Assembly (NCBI GenBank): GCA_013697705.1
Contig: JACCWJ010000004.1
Location: 107,220-171,219, forward strand
Origin: Gammaproteobacteria bacterium
Lineage (GTDB): Bacteria; Pseudomonadota; Gammaproteobacteria; UBA6002
Reading direction: 5' to 3'
Length of the DNA stretch: 64,000 nucleotides
Position 1 is the first letter of the stretch. Every line of letters begins with the position of its first letter. The notes beneath the pieces are model-generated. The model ran no database searches, was not told where the DNA came from, and was given only the letters and a program-made list of their open reading frames with translations. Below are positions 10,001 through 19,946 of the stretch, piece after piece. Position numbers and translations under genes: made by a program.

Positions 10001-10654
10001 TTAAACCTCGGATTCACCCTCTGGTTTTGCAGCGGATTCAGGAGTTTCAGCAGCAGGTGTTTCTTCAGCCACTGAGGGCTTATGAATACTTACAACAGGC
10101 TGGTCGAATTCTTTGCCTTGCGCTAAAGCAGTAATTTCTACTCCCTTAGGCAATTTTAATTCTGATAAGTGAATTGCATCGCCAATCGATAAACCTGAAA
10201 GGTCGATTTCGATAAATTCTGGCAAGTTACCCGGCAAACAACGAACTTCAATGTCTGACATAAGATGAGAGACTATTCCGCCTTGAGTTTTCACTCCAGG
10301 GGAAACCTCTTCACCCTTGAAATGAAGGGGAACATTCATAGTTATCTTGGTTTTAGCGCTTACTCGAAGAAAATCAGCGTGTAAAATTTTAGGCTTGCTG
10401 GGATGACGATGAAGATCTTTCAATACCACCTTTTCTTTCTTGCCACCAATGCTCAGGGTAAGAATGTGTGAGTAAAACCCTTCATTTTCTAGTGCGTGGA
10501 CAAAGGTATTATGGTCTAAACTAACCATCTCAGGATTTTTGTCACCGCCATAGATAATCGCGGGAAATTTATTCTCTAATCGACGCATGCGCCGGCTGCT
10601 GCCTTTGCCATTTTCTGCGCGGGTTTCGGCGGTTAGCTCGTAGGTTTCGGACAT
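10001..10654 (-). CDS. rplY: 50S ribosomal protein L25/Ctc (long form)
   Basis: GKGSSRRMRR, FPAIIYGG, HADFLRV, C-terminal Ctc domain. ATG at 10654 with GGAG RBS. Confidence 0.95.
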   Translation of the reverse strand: MSETYELTAETRAENGKGSSRRMRRLENKFPAIIYGGDKNPEMVSLDHNTFVHALENEGFYSHILTLSIGGKKEKVVLKDLHRHPSKPKILHADFLRVSAKTKITMNVPLHFKGEEVSPGVKTQGGIVSHLMSDIEVRCLPGNLPEFIEIDLSGLSIGDAIHLSELKLPKGVEITALAQGKEFDQPVVSIHKPSVAEETPAAETPESAAKPEGESEV

Positions 10655-10728
10655 TGTGTTCTCTCCAGGATGCATATGCAAAAAAAATTAATCGCATATT
10701 CTACTAGGTTTTCAAGCAAAAAAAAAGT

Positions 10729-10897
10729 GGCTGATTAGCCGCTAGAGGCGAACGTCCATATTTGGCTGAATTCGAATGAAAACTCAAAAGAAAGCTGCTC
10801 ACATACTTGTGTATGCTGCGCTTTTTCTTTTGAGTTTTCATTCGAATTCAGCGCAAATCTGAACGTTCTTGCCTGTCTAGATTGGTGCTGGATAAGT
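10729..10897 (+). repeat. Palindromic dispersed repeat, copy A (longest, with nested hairpin)
   Basis: Arms GCTGAATTCGAATGAAAACTCAAAAGAAAG (10765-10794) and its near-perfect complement ending at 10852, inside outer imperfect arms GAACGTCCATATTTG / CAAATCTGAACGTTC. Flanks are shared with copies B-D. Confidence 0.85.
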
Positions 10898-10955
10898 AAT
10901 AAAAGTAATCCAAGAAGGTCCGGCGCTGCTATTACAGGTTTAGTGCGCCTCTTTG

Positions 10956-11903
10956 TTAATCAACGAATAATGAGCTGACGGATTCCTTGTGATTTACTCT
11001 GTAGATGGTCTCAGCGATGATGTGACTTAGGCCTAGCTGGCGAATTTTATGGCAACCTCTCGCTTTTTCGGTCAAGGGGATGGTGTCGCTCACGACAACT
11101 TCATCTAATGCAGAAGATTCAATGTTTTCGATGGCTGAACCAGAGAAAATAGGATGAGTACAATATGCTGTCACGGTGGCAGCGCCATTTTCTTTCAGAG
11201 CGGTCGCAGCGTGTGTGAGAGTGCCTGCCGTATCAACCATATCGTCAACGATAATGCAGTTTTTGCCTCCAACATCACCAATAATATGCATCACTTCAGC
11301 TTGGTTATGGCTAGGTCTTCTTTTATCAATAATGGCTAGATCCGAATCATTTAAGCGTTTTGCAACTGCTCGGGCGCGAACTACCCCTCCTACATCCGGA
11401 GACACTACAGTTGGACTGGGAAATACTTTTTTAGCCATGTCATCTAGCATAACAGGTGTGGAGTAGACGTTGTCTACAGGCATATAGAAAAAACCTTGGA
11501 TTTGGTCTGCATGTAAGTCAACTGTAATAAGTCGGGTAATACCCACGGAGGCCATCATGTCGGCCACCACCTTCGCGGTAATCGGTACGCGAGCTGAACG
11601 CACGCGTCTATCTTGGCGCGCATAGCCAAAATAAGGCATTACCGCCGTAATACTTGACGCAGATGCTCTTCTCAAGGCATCGGCCAGAATAATAAGTTCC
11701 ATGAGGTTGTCATTAGCAGGCGCAGACGTTGATTGTAGGATGAAGGTATCCCGTCCTCTAACATTTTCTAATACTTCCACCATAATCTCGCCGTCACTAA
11801 AACGACCCACGATAGCGTTGCCTAATGGAATTTGCAGATGGGAAGCGATTTTTTCTGCTAGTAAGGGATTGGAGTTGCCACTAAAAATTTTTATTTCACG
11901 CAC
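10956..11903 (-). CDS. prs: Ribose-phosphate pyrophosphokinase
   Basis: [43 protein letters not shown]. Confidence 0.97.
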   Translation of the reverse strand: MREIKIFSGNSNPLLAEKIASHLQIPLGNAIVGRFSDGEIMVEVLENVRGRDTFILQSTSAPANDNLMELIILADALRRASASSITAVMPYFGYARQDRRVRSARVPITAKVVADMMASVGITRLITVDLHADQIQGFFYMPVDNVYSTPVMLDDMAKKVFPSPTVVSPDVGGVVRARAVAKRLNDSDLAIIDKRRPSHNQAEVMHIIGDVGGKNCIIVDDMVDTAGTLTHAATALKENGAATVTAYCTHPIFSGSAIENIESSALDEVVVSDTIPLTEKARGCHKIRQLGLSHIIAETIYRVNHKESVSSLFVD

Positions 11904-11980
11904 AGATTTTTTCCTTGAGGATAATTAGTGACAGTCATCATACTGGATGAATTAGGTAATAGATTAATGTAAAAGTCAGT

Positions 11981-12055
11981 TGGCTGGGGTGCTAGGATTC
12001 GAACCTAGGAATGCGGAGATCAAAACCCCGTGCCTTACCACTTGGCGACACCCCA
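11981..12055 (-). tRNA. tRNA-Gln (TTG)
   Basis: Reverse complement TGGGGTGTCGCCAAGTGGTAAGGCACGGGGTTTTGATCTCCGCATTCCTAGGTTCGAATCCTAGCACCCCAGCCA; TTG anticodon, encoded CCA. Confidence 0.95.
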
Positions 12056-12906
12056 ATATTTTCAATAGCATTATGTAAGGGCGAGTTGTTCAACCCTTTA
12101 ACAGTGATTCCCTTTAGCGATGCTGGAATTTCCTTGGCTGCTTTCATGGCAGCTTCTTTATCATTAAAAATTGCAAACACTCCGCTGCCCGTGCCAGTCA
12201 TTCTGGCCGCCGCAATTTCATTCAACCAATCTAATGCGGTAGCGATTTGAGGAAAGCGTTTTCTTGCAACTGGCTCACAATCATTATGCGTGCCTTCAAA
12301 ATACTCGGTTATTGTGATCTCTGGAGTGTTGCGTGTCAATTCCGGATCAGAAAAAATTTTACTTGTGTCCACGGTGCAGTCCGGCAACAAGAGTAAAATC
12401 CACTTTTCTTCAGGATGTATATTCGTTAATTGTTCCCCAATGCCCTGTGCGAAAGCCGCTTTACCGTGAATAAAGATGGGTACATCAGCCCCAAGCTCAA
12501 GACCTAAGGCCGCTAGCTCTATAGGATTCAGCTGCGTTCCCCATAACAAATTAAGGGCAAGTAACGTGGTGGCGGCATTCGAGCTGCCTCCTCCAAGACC
12601 GCCACCTCGGGGAATACATTTTTCAAGTTTGATATCAATTCCTAATCTGCAGCCAGTTTGTTTTTTTAGTAGATACGCCGCCTTAGTCACTAAGTTACTT
12701 TCATAGGGAATAGTTGGATCAGAGGATTCAACGAGAATCTTGTCATCAGTTCGTAACTGAAAAACCATATCATCACAAAGATCAATGAACTGAAAGGCGG
12801 TTTGTAGCAAATGATAGCCGTCGGGTCGGCGCCCGACGACATGAAGAAATAAATTTATTTTGGCGGGCGAAGGTAAGCGAACCTCGACCACTAATTGAGA
12901 TTCCAA
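11992..12906 (-). CDS. ispE: 4-diphosphocytidyl-2-C-methyl-D-erythritol kinase
   Basis: SPAKINLFL, GHMP loop PRGGGLGGGSSNAA, LGADVP, MTGTGS. Start is TTG 12906 or GTG 12891; the 3' end runs into tRNA-Gln. Confidence 0.93.
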   Translation of the reverse strand: MESQLVVEVRLPSPAKINLFLHVVGRRPDGYHLLQTAFQFIDLCDDMVFQLRTDDKILVESSDPTIPYESNLVTKAAYLLKKQTGCRLGIDIKLEKCIPRGGGLGGGSSNAATTLLALNLLWGTQLNPIELAALGLELGADVPIFIHGKAAFAQGIGEQLTNIHPEEKWILLLLPDCTVDTSKIFSDPELTRNTPEITITEYFEGTHNDCEPVARKRFPQIATALDWLNEIAAARMTGTGSGVFAIFNDKEAAMKAAKEIPASLKGITVKGLNNSPLHNAIENIGVSPSGKARGFDLRIPRFES

Positions 12907-13496
12907 CGATTAATGACGAGCTTTACATGCAATTGCTGATTGTCCATGAGAATCTTGCGTGGGAGATCGGCATTGCCTTGGGTTTGGAACGATTGAAAGC
13001 GTATAGCCCAGCCTTGTTGCTCTAGTAATACGAGGTGACCATATTCATCGCGCATTTGTTTGCCACTTGCGCCTGAGGCGGGTAAGCCGCGAACCCAATA
13101 AAACATATTAGAAACGGGTAAATACCATCCTAATTGTTGCCGCATCAATGCCTCTGGAGTACTAGCGGAATAAGAACCCGTTGGTTTAAATAGGGTGACA
13201 CGTCCCGGCAAACCTTGAATTCCAATACTACCTAAGTTGAGCGGACCATAGATATCGATTGCATACCTGTTATCGATTTGTTTCCATGTGAACGATCCCA
13301 TTTGAGTTTTGCCTCTACTGGTTATGCTCATGGCGCCTTGTATGTTCCAGCGTGTAGTATCGGCAAGCGTTAATTTTCTTTGTTTCCAGGGTGTAACGCG
13401 ATAAGTGGCTTGGTCAACCGGAGGTTCCATATTGGTAGCGCAACCATATAAAAATACCGCAACGAGAAGGGACGCAGAACACAGTAACTTACGCAT
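12891..13496 (-). CDS. lolB: Outer-membrane lipoprotein receptor LolB
   Basis: Lipobox-like LYGC, GWYLPVSNMFYWVRGLP, QQGWAIRF; canonical position before ispE. Confidence 0.88.
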   Translation of the reverse strand: MRKLLCSASLLVAVFLYGCATNMEPPVDQATYRVTPWKQRKLTLADTTRWNIQGAMSITSRGKTQMGSFTWKQIDNRYAIDIYGPLNLGSIGIQGLPGRVTLFKPTGSYSASTPEALMRQQLGWYLPVSNMFYWVRGLPASGASGKQMRDEYGHLVLLEQQGWAIRFQSFQTQGNADLPRKILMDNQQLHVKLVINRWNLN

Positions 13497-13528
13497 TATA
13501 AATAACTCTTTGTAATAAAATTGTTGGT

Positions 13529-13624
13529 AACTATCAGCACTAATTTAGAATTGGCGAGAATGTTTCAGATTTGAAATTCAGCTAAATATGGACATTCGCA
13601 TCGAGAGGCTGAACAGTTGCAATT
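13529..13624 (-). repeat. Dispersed repeat, copy B
   Basis: Reverse complement AACTGTTCAGCCTCTCGATGCGAATGTCCATATTTAGCTGAATTTCAAATCTGAAACATTCTCGCCAATTCTAAATTAGTGCTGATAGTT aligns with both flanks of copy A. Confidence 0.75.
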
Positions 13625-13741
13625 GTTCAAAGTTTACCAGTGCCTGGTATTTAATTGCAAAGCAAATTCTCACATTTGACTCTAGGGGTTTTGTGGTTAC
13701 ACTTATACTTTATACTCATCACGCGGAGAGCAACTAGCTTA

Positions 13742-14980
13742 ATGACCCTATTAGCCTGTGGCATTAATCATCTTACAGCACCTGTTGACTTGAGAGAGCA
13801 GGTGGCTTTGTCCCCTCTACAAGCAAAAAATGCGTTGCAAGAATTAATAAGTATCGGAGCAGTCAATGAAGCTGTCATCCTTTCTACTTGTAATCGTGTA
13901 GAAATTTATAGTGAAGTGACGGATTTTAACAAAGTTCAACAATGGATTAGCCACAATCTAGCTCTTCCAGTTGATCCCTACTGGTACTTTCACACTGAAC
14001 GTAATGCCGTTTCGCATATTATGCGGGTCGCTAGTGGTTTAGACTCAATGGTAATGGGTGAGCCCCAGATTTTGGGCCAGATGAAGGATGCGGTCAATTT
14101 AGCACAGGAAGTGGGTGCGCTGGGTAGTGGGTTACAACGACTTTTTCAGCGCGTTTTTAATGTCACCAAACAAGTACGCACCGATACTAAAATTGGAGCC
14201 AATCCTATTACGTTAGGCTTTGCCGCCGTCACGTTAGCGAAACGAATTTTTAGTGATTTATCAAAGCGCAATGTGTTGCTTATTGGGGCGGGAGATATTA
14301 TCGAACTTGCTGCGCTCCACTTGTTCAATCAAGGGATAAAGCGATTTATCATTGCTAGCCGATCTTTATCTAAAGCTGAAAAATTAGCAACTAGAGTGCA
14401 TGGTCATTGGATACCGATGGGAGACATACCTCTTTATTTAACGGATTCTGATATTGTGATCAGTGCAACGGGCAGTGAATTGCCGTTGCTCGGTAAGGGC
14501 GCTGTAGAAAGAGCGATTAAAGCGCGGAAACATCGCCCTATTTTTATGGTTGATTTAGCCGTGCCGCGTGATATTGAGCCCGAGGTTGGAAGTTTAGAAG
14601 ATATTTATCTCTATAACATTGACGATTTGAAAACAATTATTGATGAGAGCAAGCAATGCAGGGAAGATGCAGCGTTGCATGCTGAGGGAATTATAGAACT
14701 ACAAGCTGAGCACTATATTCGTAATATACAGTCTTTAAATGCGAGCAGCTTAATTCGACAATTTAGAGCAGAGCTGAATACGATAGCGCAACAAGAGGTG
14801 CAGAGAGCATCAGTTCGATTAGAGCAAGGTGTGGATCCAAAAATAGTGATTGAACACGTATGCCATAATTTACTGAATAAGTTTTCTCATGCACCATGTG
14901 CCAAAATGAAGCAGGCAGGTTATGATGGAAGACTCGAACTTTTAGCCTTTGCGCGGCAACTGCTCGATATTAAAGATTAA
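13742..14980 (+). CDS. hemA: Glutamyl-tRNA reductase
   Basis: LSTCNRVEIY, GEPQILGQ, IGAGD, DLAVPRDI. ATG 13742 (MTLLACGINH) preferred over the TTG at 13655. Confidence 0.95.
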   Translation: MTLLACGINHLTAPVDLREQVALSPLQAKNALQELISIGAVNEAVILSTCNRVEIYSEVTDFNKVQQWISHNLALPVDPYWYFHTERNAVSHIMRVASGLDSMVMGEPQILGQMKDAVNLAQEVGALGSGLQRLFQRVFNVTKQVRTDTKIGANPITLGFAAVTLAKRIFSDLSKRNVLLIGAGDIIELAALHLFNQGIKRFIIASRSLSKAEKLATRVHGHWIPMGDIPLYLTDSDIVISATGSELPLLGKGAVERAIKARKHRPIFMVDLAVPRDIEPEVGSLEDIYLYNIDDLKTIIDESKQCREDAALHAEGIIELQAEHYIRNIQSLNASSLIRQFRAELNTIAQQEVQRASVRLEQGVDPKIVIEHVCHNLLNKFSHAPCAKMKQAGYDGRLELLAFARQLLDIKD

Positions 14981-15007
14981 ATTTCCGAACAGAGTTAAAT
15001 TTATATC

Positions 15008-16093
15008 ATGAAAGAATCAATCCAACGAAAACTGTTCATTATGGTTGAACGTTATCAAGAAGTCAGCTTACTGCTCAATGACCCTATGATCATTGGCGAC
15101 CAAAATAAATTCCGGGAACTTTCTAAAGAGTATGCTCATTTAGAACCTTTAATGGAATGTTTCAAGCTATATCAACAAAATCAAGAAGCCATACAATCCG
15201 CTGTGGCGCTTCAAGAAGATGCTGACCAAGAATTACAAAATTTGGCATCTGAGGAATTAGAAAACCTTTATCCTCAACAGGAAACGTTCGAATTACAGTT
15301 ACAAAAACTATTACTGCCGCCCGATCCAGAAGATGACCGAAATATTTTTCTCGAAATTCGTGCCGGTGCTGGTGGAGACGAGGCCTCCATATTCTCCGGT
15401 GATTTATTTCGAATGTATTCGCGCTATGCTGAAGAAATGGGTTGGAAAGTTGAAATTGTTTCAGAGCATTTTGGTGAGCATGGTGGCTATAAAGAAATTA
15501 TTAGTCGTATTACGGGGAAGGGCGTGTATTCGAAGTTGAAGTTTGAATCGGGAGCCCACCGTGTTCAAAGAGTGCCCACAACCGAATCGCAAGGGAGAAT
15601 TCATACGTCAACTTGCACCGTTGCAGTCATGCCTGAGGTTGATGAAATAGATGCTATAGAAATCAATCCTGCTGAACTTAAAATAGATACCTATAGGGCT
15701 TCTGGGGCAGGCGGACAACACGTTAATAAGACGGATTCTGCAATTCGTATTACGCATTTACCAACAGGTATTGTCGTTGAATGCCAAGATGAACGATCTC
15801 AACATAAAAATCGTTCGCGAGCGATGGGGCTATTACAATCCAAACTATTAAGCCAAGAGCGTAATAAGCAACAACGTGAGCAAGCAGAGACTAGACGTAA
15901 TCTGGTAGGCACAGGAGATCGTTCCGAGCGGATTCGAACCTACAACTATCCACAAGGTAGGGTAACTGATCATCGCATCAATTTAACGTTATACAAATTA
16001 GACGAAGTTGTCGAAGGCAAATTAGATTCCATCATTGAGCCACTCGTTAATGAGCATCATGCCGATCTCCTAGCTAATCTTGTCGAATCCTAA
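15008..16093 (+). CDS. prfA: Peptide chain release factor 1
   Basis: GGQ in [13 protein letters not shown], PxT motif ([13 protein letters not shown]), [11 protein letters not shown]. Confidence 0.97.
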   Translation: MKESIQRKLFIMVERYQEVSLLLNDPMIIGDQNKFRELSKEYAHLEPLMECFKLYQQNQEAIQSAVALQEDADQELQNLASEELENLYPQQETFELQLQKLLLPPDPEDDRNIFLEIRAGAGGDEASIFSGDLFRMYSRYAEEMGWKVEIVSEHFGEHGGYKEIISRITGKGVYSKLKFESGAHRVQRVPTTESQGRIHTSTCTVAVMPEVDEIDAIEINPAELKIDTYRASGAGGQHVNKTDSAIRITHLPTGIVVECQDERSQHKNRSRAMGLLQSKLLSQERNKQQREQAETRRNLVGTGDRSERIRTYNYPQGRVTDHRINLTLYKLDEVVEGKLDSIIEPLVNEHHADLLANLVES

Positions 16094-16107
16094 CTTAAGA
16101 AATTGTT

Positions 16108-16956
16108 ATGCCTGTAAAAGAAGTCCCTTTAATAAAGGAAGCGCTCAAGTTTGGTTATGAAACCTTGCAGTCTCGTCCTAGCTATCGACTCGAATCTGAA
16201 ATTCTATTATCGCATGTCCTAAATGTGGGGCGGCCTTATCTCTATTCTCATGATCAACAACCGTTGTCTAATAAAGAGTGGCAAACTTTTCAAGATTTTT
16301 GTCTGCGATGTAAAAAGGGTGAGCCCATTGCTTATTTAACGGGTTACAAAGAATTTTGGTCTCTAGAATTTGAGGTAAATAAGCACACGCTTATTCCGCG
16401 TTGGGAAACAGAATTGCTCGTGCAGGCAACATTAGAAAAGTTTGCTCGTGAATCACAACTTGCTGTATTAGATTTAGGTGTGGGGTGTGGAGCGCTCGCT
16501 GTGGCTTTAGCAGTGGAACGCCCCGCCTGGGATATATATGCGGTGGATATCTCTGGTGATGCAATCGAAGTCGCAAAACGTAATGCAGGTAAATACCACG
16601 CCAAAAATATCACCTTTGTAGAGTCGGATTGGTTTCTTCAGATGCCCCAACAAAAGTTCGATGCCATTGTAAGTAATCCTCCTTACATTGCTGAATCAGA
16701 TCCGCATCTTGCCGCATTAAATTCAGAACCCCCTGCCGCGCTAGTCAGTGGCAAGGACGGTTTAGACGCTCTTGGTAAAATCATCGAAGGTGCTCCTGAT
16801 TTCTTGAATCAAGATGGCTGGTTGCTTTTAGAGCATGGTTACGATCAGGCAGAACGGGTGCGTACTTTGCTGCATACCAGAGGATTTACTGCAGTTAAAA
16901 GTCATCCAGATTTGGGAAATATAGAACGCATTACTATTGCGAAATGGGTAAGGTAA
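16108..16956 (+). CDS. prmC: Release factor glutamine methyltransferase
   Basis: LIPRWETE, LDLGVGCG, SNPPY, LEHGYDQ; follows prfA. Confidence 0.94.
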   Translation: MPVKEVPLIKEALKFGYETLQSRPSYRLESEILLSHVLNVGRPYLYSHDQQPLSNKEWQTFQDFCLRCKKGEPIAYLTGYKEFWSLEFEVNKHTLIPRWETELLVQATLEKFARESQLAVLDLGVGCGALAVALAVERPAWDIYAVDISGDAIEVAKRNAGKYHAKNITFVESDWFLQMPQQKFDAIVSNPPYIAESDPHLAALNSEPPAALVSGKDGLDALGKIIEGAPDFLNQDGWLLLEHGYDQAERVRTLLHTRGFTAVKSHPDLGNIERITIAKWVR

Positions 16957-16960
16957 GAAA

Positions 16961-17551
16961 ATGAAGATAATTTTTGCTAGCAGCAATCAAGGAAAGATCA
17001 AAGAGATCAATGCACTCATTCGTCAATCTGCTATAGAGGTCATTCCTCAAGTAGAAATGGGAGTGCCGGATATTGCAGAGACGGGACTTACCTTCATTGA
17101 AAATGCACTGATTAAAGCAAGAAACGCAACAGAACTTACTAAATTACCCGCCATGGCGGATGATTCCGGCTTGGTAGTTCCCATATTAAACGGAGAGCCG
17201 GGAATTTTTTCAGCGCGTTATGCGGGAGAGGCAGGTGATCATACTAAGAACATCACAAAATTGCTTACAAAATTGCAAGATGTTCCTCCTGAAAAACGCA
17301 TCGCTTATTTTTATTGTGTGATCGTTATGTTACGCCATAAAGATGACCCCTGCCCGATTATTTGTGAGGGGATTTGGCACGGTAGTATTTTAATGCAGCC
17401 TAAAGGGGAAAAAGGCTTTGGCTATGATCCAATTTTTTATGTTGCAGATTATAATTGCTCAGCAGCAGAATTAACGATGGAAGTTAAAAATGAAATTAGT
17501 CATCGCGGGCAAGCGATGACTGATTTGATCCAACAGCTGCAAAGCCTCTAG
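16961..17551 (+). CDS. rdgB: dITP/XTP pyrophosphatase (RdgB/HAM1)
   Basis: ASSNQGKIKE, TFIENALIKA, ADDSGL, GFGYDPIF, SHRG. Confidence 0.95.
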   Translation: MKIIFASSNQGKIKEINALIRQSAIEVIPQVEMGVPDIAETGLTFIENALIKARNATELTKLPAMADDSGLVVPILNGEPGIFSARYAGEAGDHTKNITKLLTKLQDVPPEKRIAYFYCVIVMLRHKDDPCPIICEGIWHGSILMQPKGEKGFGYDPIFYVADYNCSAAELTMEVKNEISHRGQAMTDLIQQLQSL

Positions 17552-17599
17552 AGGCGAACGTCCATGTTTGGAATTCAGTGCAAATCTGAACGTTCTTGC
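17543..17599 (+). repeat. Dispersed repeat, copy C (short form, overlaps rdgB stop)
   Basis: AGCCTCTAGAGGCGAACGTCCATGTTTGGAATTCAGTGCAAATCTGAACGTTCTTGC equals copy A with the segment between its two GAATTC sites missing. Confidence 0.85.
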
Positions 17600-17605
17600 G
17601 GAATA

Positions 17606-17956
17606 CTATTCTCTACTCAACTTTGCGGTTTGAAGTCTAAGTAAGTAATCTTGCCAATTAGAATCAAACTGCACGCTTAGAGAGTGAAGAATTTCCCACG
17701 TGTAAAGACCCGTGGAATGTCCGTCATCAAAGATTAATTTAATGGCGTAACTTCCAACAGGTTCAATGTTTATAATGCTCACATTTTTTTTCCCGGCGAC
17801 GAGTTTGCGTTGATCTTTGCTATGTCCTCTTACTTCCGCAGAGGGAGAAAAAACACGCAAGTATTCACAAGGTAGCTGATAGACAGAACCATCATCAAAA
17901 GTAAGTGCGAGCACTTTTGATTTTTTATGTAGATGAATTTCGGTGAGTGATTTCAT
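17606..17956 (-). CDS. DUF971 (gamma-butyrobetaine hydroxylase N-terminal-like) protein
   Basis: EYLRVFSPSAEVRGH, EPVGSYAIKLIFDDGHSTGLYTW; usual position after hslU. Confidence 0.88.
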   Translation of the reverse strand: MKSLTEIHLHKKSKVLALTFDDGSVYQLPCEYLRVFSPSAEVRGHSKDQRKLVAGKKNVSIINIEPVGSYAIKLIFDDGHSTGLYTWEILHSLSVQFDSNWQDYLLRLQTAKLSRE

Positions 17957-17961
17957 ATTGC

Positions 17962-19308
17962 TTAAAGAATATACCTGCTTAAATCTTCGTCTTTTACTAA
18001 ATGTGCGAGTTGTTTGTTTACATATTTCTTGTCGATCGCCACTTTAGTTCCCGCTTTATCAGGGGCTTCAAAAGAAATTTTCTCAAGTAATTTTTCCATA
18101 ATGGTGTGCAATCTTCTGGCGCCAATATTTTCAGTACGCTCATTAACCTGATAAGCAATTTCAGCAATGCGTTTGATACCGTCAGGTGTAAACTTAATTT
18201 CCACCCCTTCAGTGCCGAGCAGGGCAATATATTGCTCAGTAAGTGATGCATTAGGTTCGGTTAAGATACGAATAAAATCTTCTGCAGAAAGTGCATTTAA
18301 TTCAACGCGAATGGGCAGCCTGCCTTGCAATTCTGGAATTAAATCGGAGGGCTTAGCTAAATGAAAAGCGCCGGATGCAATAAACAAAATATGATCTGTT
18401 TTGAGCATGCCGTATTTGGTAAATACAGTGCTACCTTCAATAATAGGTAATAAATCGCGTTGCACCCCTTCTCGCGAAATATCGCCGCCGCCACCATATT
18501 CTCCGCGCTTAACAATTTTGTCCAATTCATCGATAAACACGATACCGTTTTGTTCAACACTGTTAAGTGCGCGGCTGCGAATATCATCTTCATTGATGAG
18601 CTTATTTGCTTCATCTTCCGTCAACTGTTTTAAAGCGTCTTTTATTTTCATCTTACGAGACTTGGTTCTGTCGCCTGCAATGTTTTGAAAAAGATTTTGT
18701 AACTGACTCGTCATCTCTTCCATGCCAGGAGGTGCCATTATCTCCACGCCAACACTCGAACTTGAAACGTCAACTTCAATGTCTTGGTTATCAAGTTCTC
18801 CCTCGCGTAACTTTTTTCTAAATGTTTGTTTTGCCGTTGACTCCTGCTCTTCTACATCGAAACGGGGTCCTCGTGCGCGAGGTAAAAGAATTTCTAATAT
18901 ACGTTCTTCCGCGGCTTCTCCTGCACGTTGTTTTACTTTAGTAATTTCTACTTCGCGGGTCATTTTTACTGCAATATCGACTAAGTCACGGATGATAGCT
19001 TCTACGTCGCGCCCCACATAGCCGACTTCAGTAAATTTAGTCGCCTCGACTTTAATAAAGGGTGCTTTTGCAAGCTTTGCTAAGCGTCTTGCGATTTCAG
19101 TTTTACCTACCCCCGTGGGCCCAATCATTAATATGTTTTTAGGGGTAATTTCTCTTGCGAGCTCATCGTCAAGTTGCATTCGGCGCCATCTATTACGCAG
19201 TGCATTTGCAACGGCGCATTTAGCTTTATCTTGTCCGATAATAAATTTATCTAATTCATGGACAATCTCTTTTGGGGTCATAATGGAATTTAATTCATCA
19301 TTAGGCAT
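17962..19308 (-). CDS. hslU: ATP-dependent protease ATPase subunit HslU
   Basis: [42 protein letters not shown]. Confidence 0.97.
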   Translation of the reverse strand: MPNDELNSIMTPKEIVHELDKFIIGQDKAKCAVANALRNRWRRMQLDDELAREITPKNILMIGPTGVGKTEIARRLAKLAKAPFIKVEATKFTEVGYVGRDVEAIIRDLVDIAVKMTREVEITKVKQRAGEAAEERILEILLPRARGPRFDVEEQESTAKQTFRKKLREGELDNQDIEVDVSSSSVGVEIMAPPGMEEMTSQLQNLFQNIAGDRTKSRKMKIKDALKQLTEDEANKLINEDDIRSRALNSVEQNGIVFIDELDKIVKRGEYGGGGDISREGVQRDLLPIIEGSTVFTKYGMLKTDHILFIASGAFHLAKPSDLIPELQGRLPIRVELNALSAEDFIRILTEPNASLTEQYIALLGTEGVEIKFTPDGIKRIAEIAYQVNERTENIGARRLHTIMEKLLEKISFEAPDKAGTKVAIDKKYVNKQLAHLVKDEDLSRYIL

Positions 19309-19336
19309 TTGTTATCTCTGTCTGGGATTAAAATGA

Positions 19337-19879
19337 TTAAGCATTTAACTCTTCAATTGTTAAATTTTGATTAGTGTAAACACAGATATTGGCTGCAATT
19401 TCTAAGCCTTTGGTTACAATTTCTCTAGCACTTAGTGTCGTGTTTTCGAGTAAAGCTCTTGCAGCTGATTGGGCATAGGGACCACCAGAGCCGATGGCCA
19501 TGATGCTATTCTCTGGTTCAATCACGTCGCCGTTACCGGTGATAATTAAAGATACATTTTTATCGGCCACGGCTAATAAGGCTTCAAGACGGCGCAACAT
19601 CTTGTCAGTTCGCCAATCTTTGGCTAGCTCAACTGCAGAGCGCATTAAATTTCCAGAGTGTTTCTCTAATTTGGCTTCAAATAATTCAAATAAGGTAAAG
19701 GCATCTGCAGTGCCGCCCGCAAATCCTGCAATTACCTTATCTCCGTAAAGACGTCTTACTTTTCTGGCATTGCCCTTCATGACAATCGCCTTACCCAAGG
19801 TGACTTGACCATCACCTCCAATCGCTACTTTACCGTCTCTGCGTACGGATAATATGGTAGTGCCTCTAAATTGTTCCAA
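19337..19879 (-). CDS. hslV: ATP-dependent protease subunit HslV
   Basis: TTILSVRR (N-terminal Thr nucleophile), GDGQVT, AIGSGG. TTG at 19879 with GAGG RBS. Confidence 0.96.
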   Translation of the reverse strand: MEQFRGTTILSVRRDGKVAIGGDGQVTLGKAIVMKGNARKVRRLYGDKVIAGFAGGTADAFTLFELFEAKLEKHSGNLMRSAVELAKDWRTDKMLRRLEALLAVADKNVSLIITGNGDVIEPENSIMAIGSGGPYAQSAARALLENTTLSAREIVTKGLEIAANICVYTNQNLTIEELNA

Positions 19880-19915
19880 TACCCTATCCTCATTTGATCT
19901 CATAGAATACTACTT

Positions 19916-19942
19916 ATGGGGGCGTAATATTCTATTTTCAAG
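19916..19942 (-). promoter_or_regulatory. Sigma32 (RpoH) heat-shock promoter for hslVU
   Basis: CTTGAAA-14 nt-CCCCAT directly upstream of hslV; matches the RpoH consensus. Confidence 0.8.
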
Positions 19943-19946
19943 CGAG

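Noticed and set aside
10922-10949. GGCGC...GCGCC hairpin after prs as a terminator or L25 leader
   Set aside because: 5-bp stem, large loop, and no U tract on the minus strand.
13655-13741. Longer N-terminal extensions in the ORF track (hemA; also psd, ggt, msrB, coq7, hslV, rplY, rhodanese, and 61551-61646)
   Set aside because: Homology begins at downstream starts and the extensions overlap neighbouring genes or promoters.
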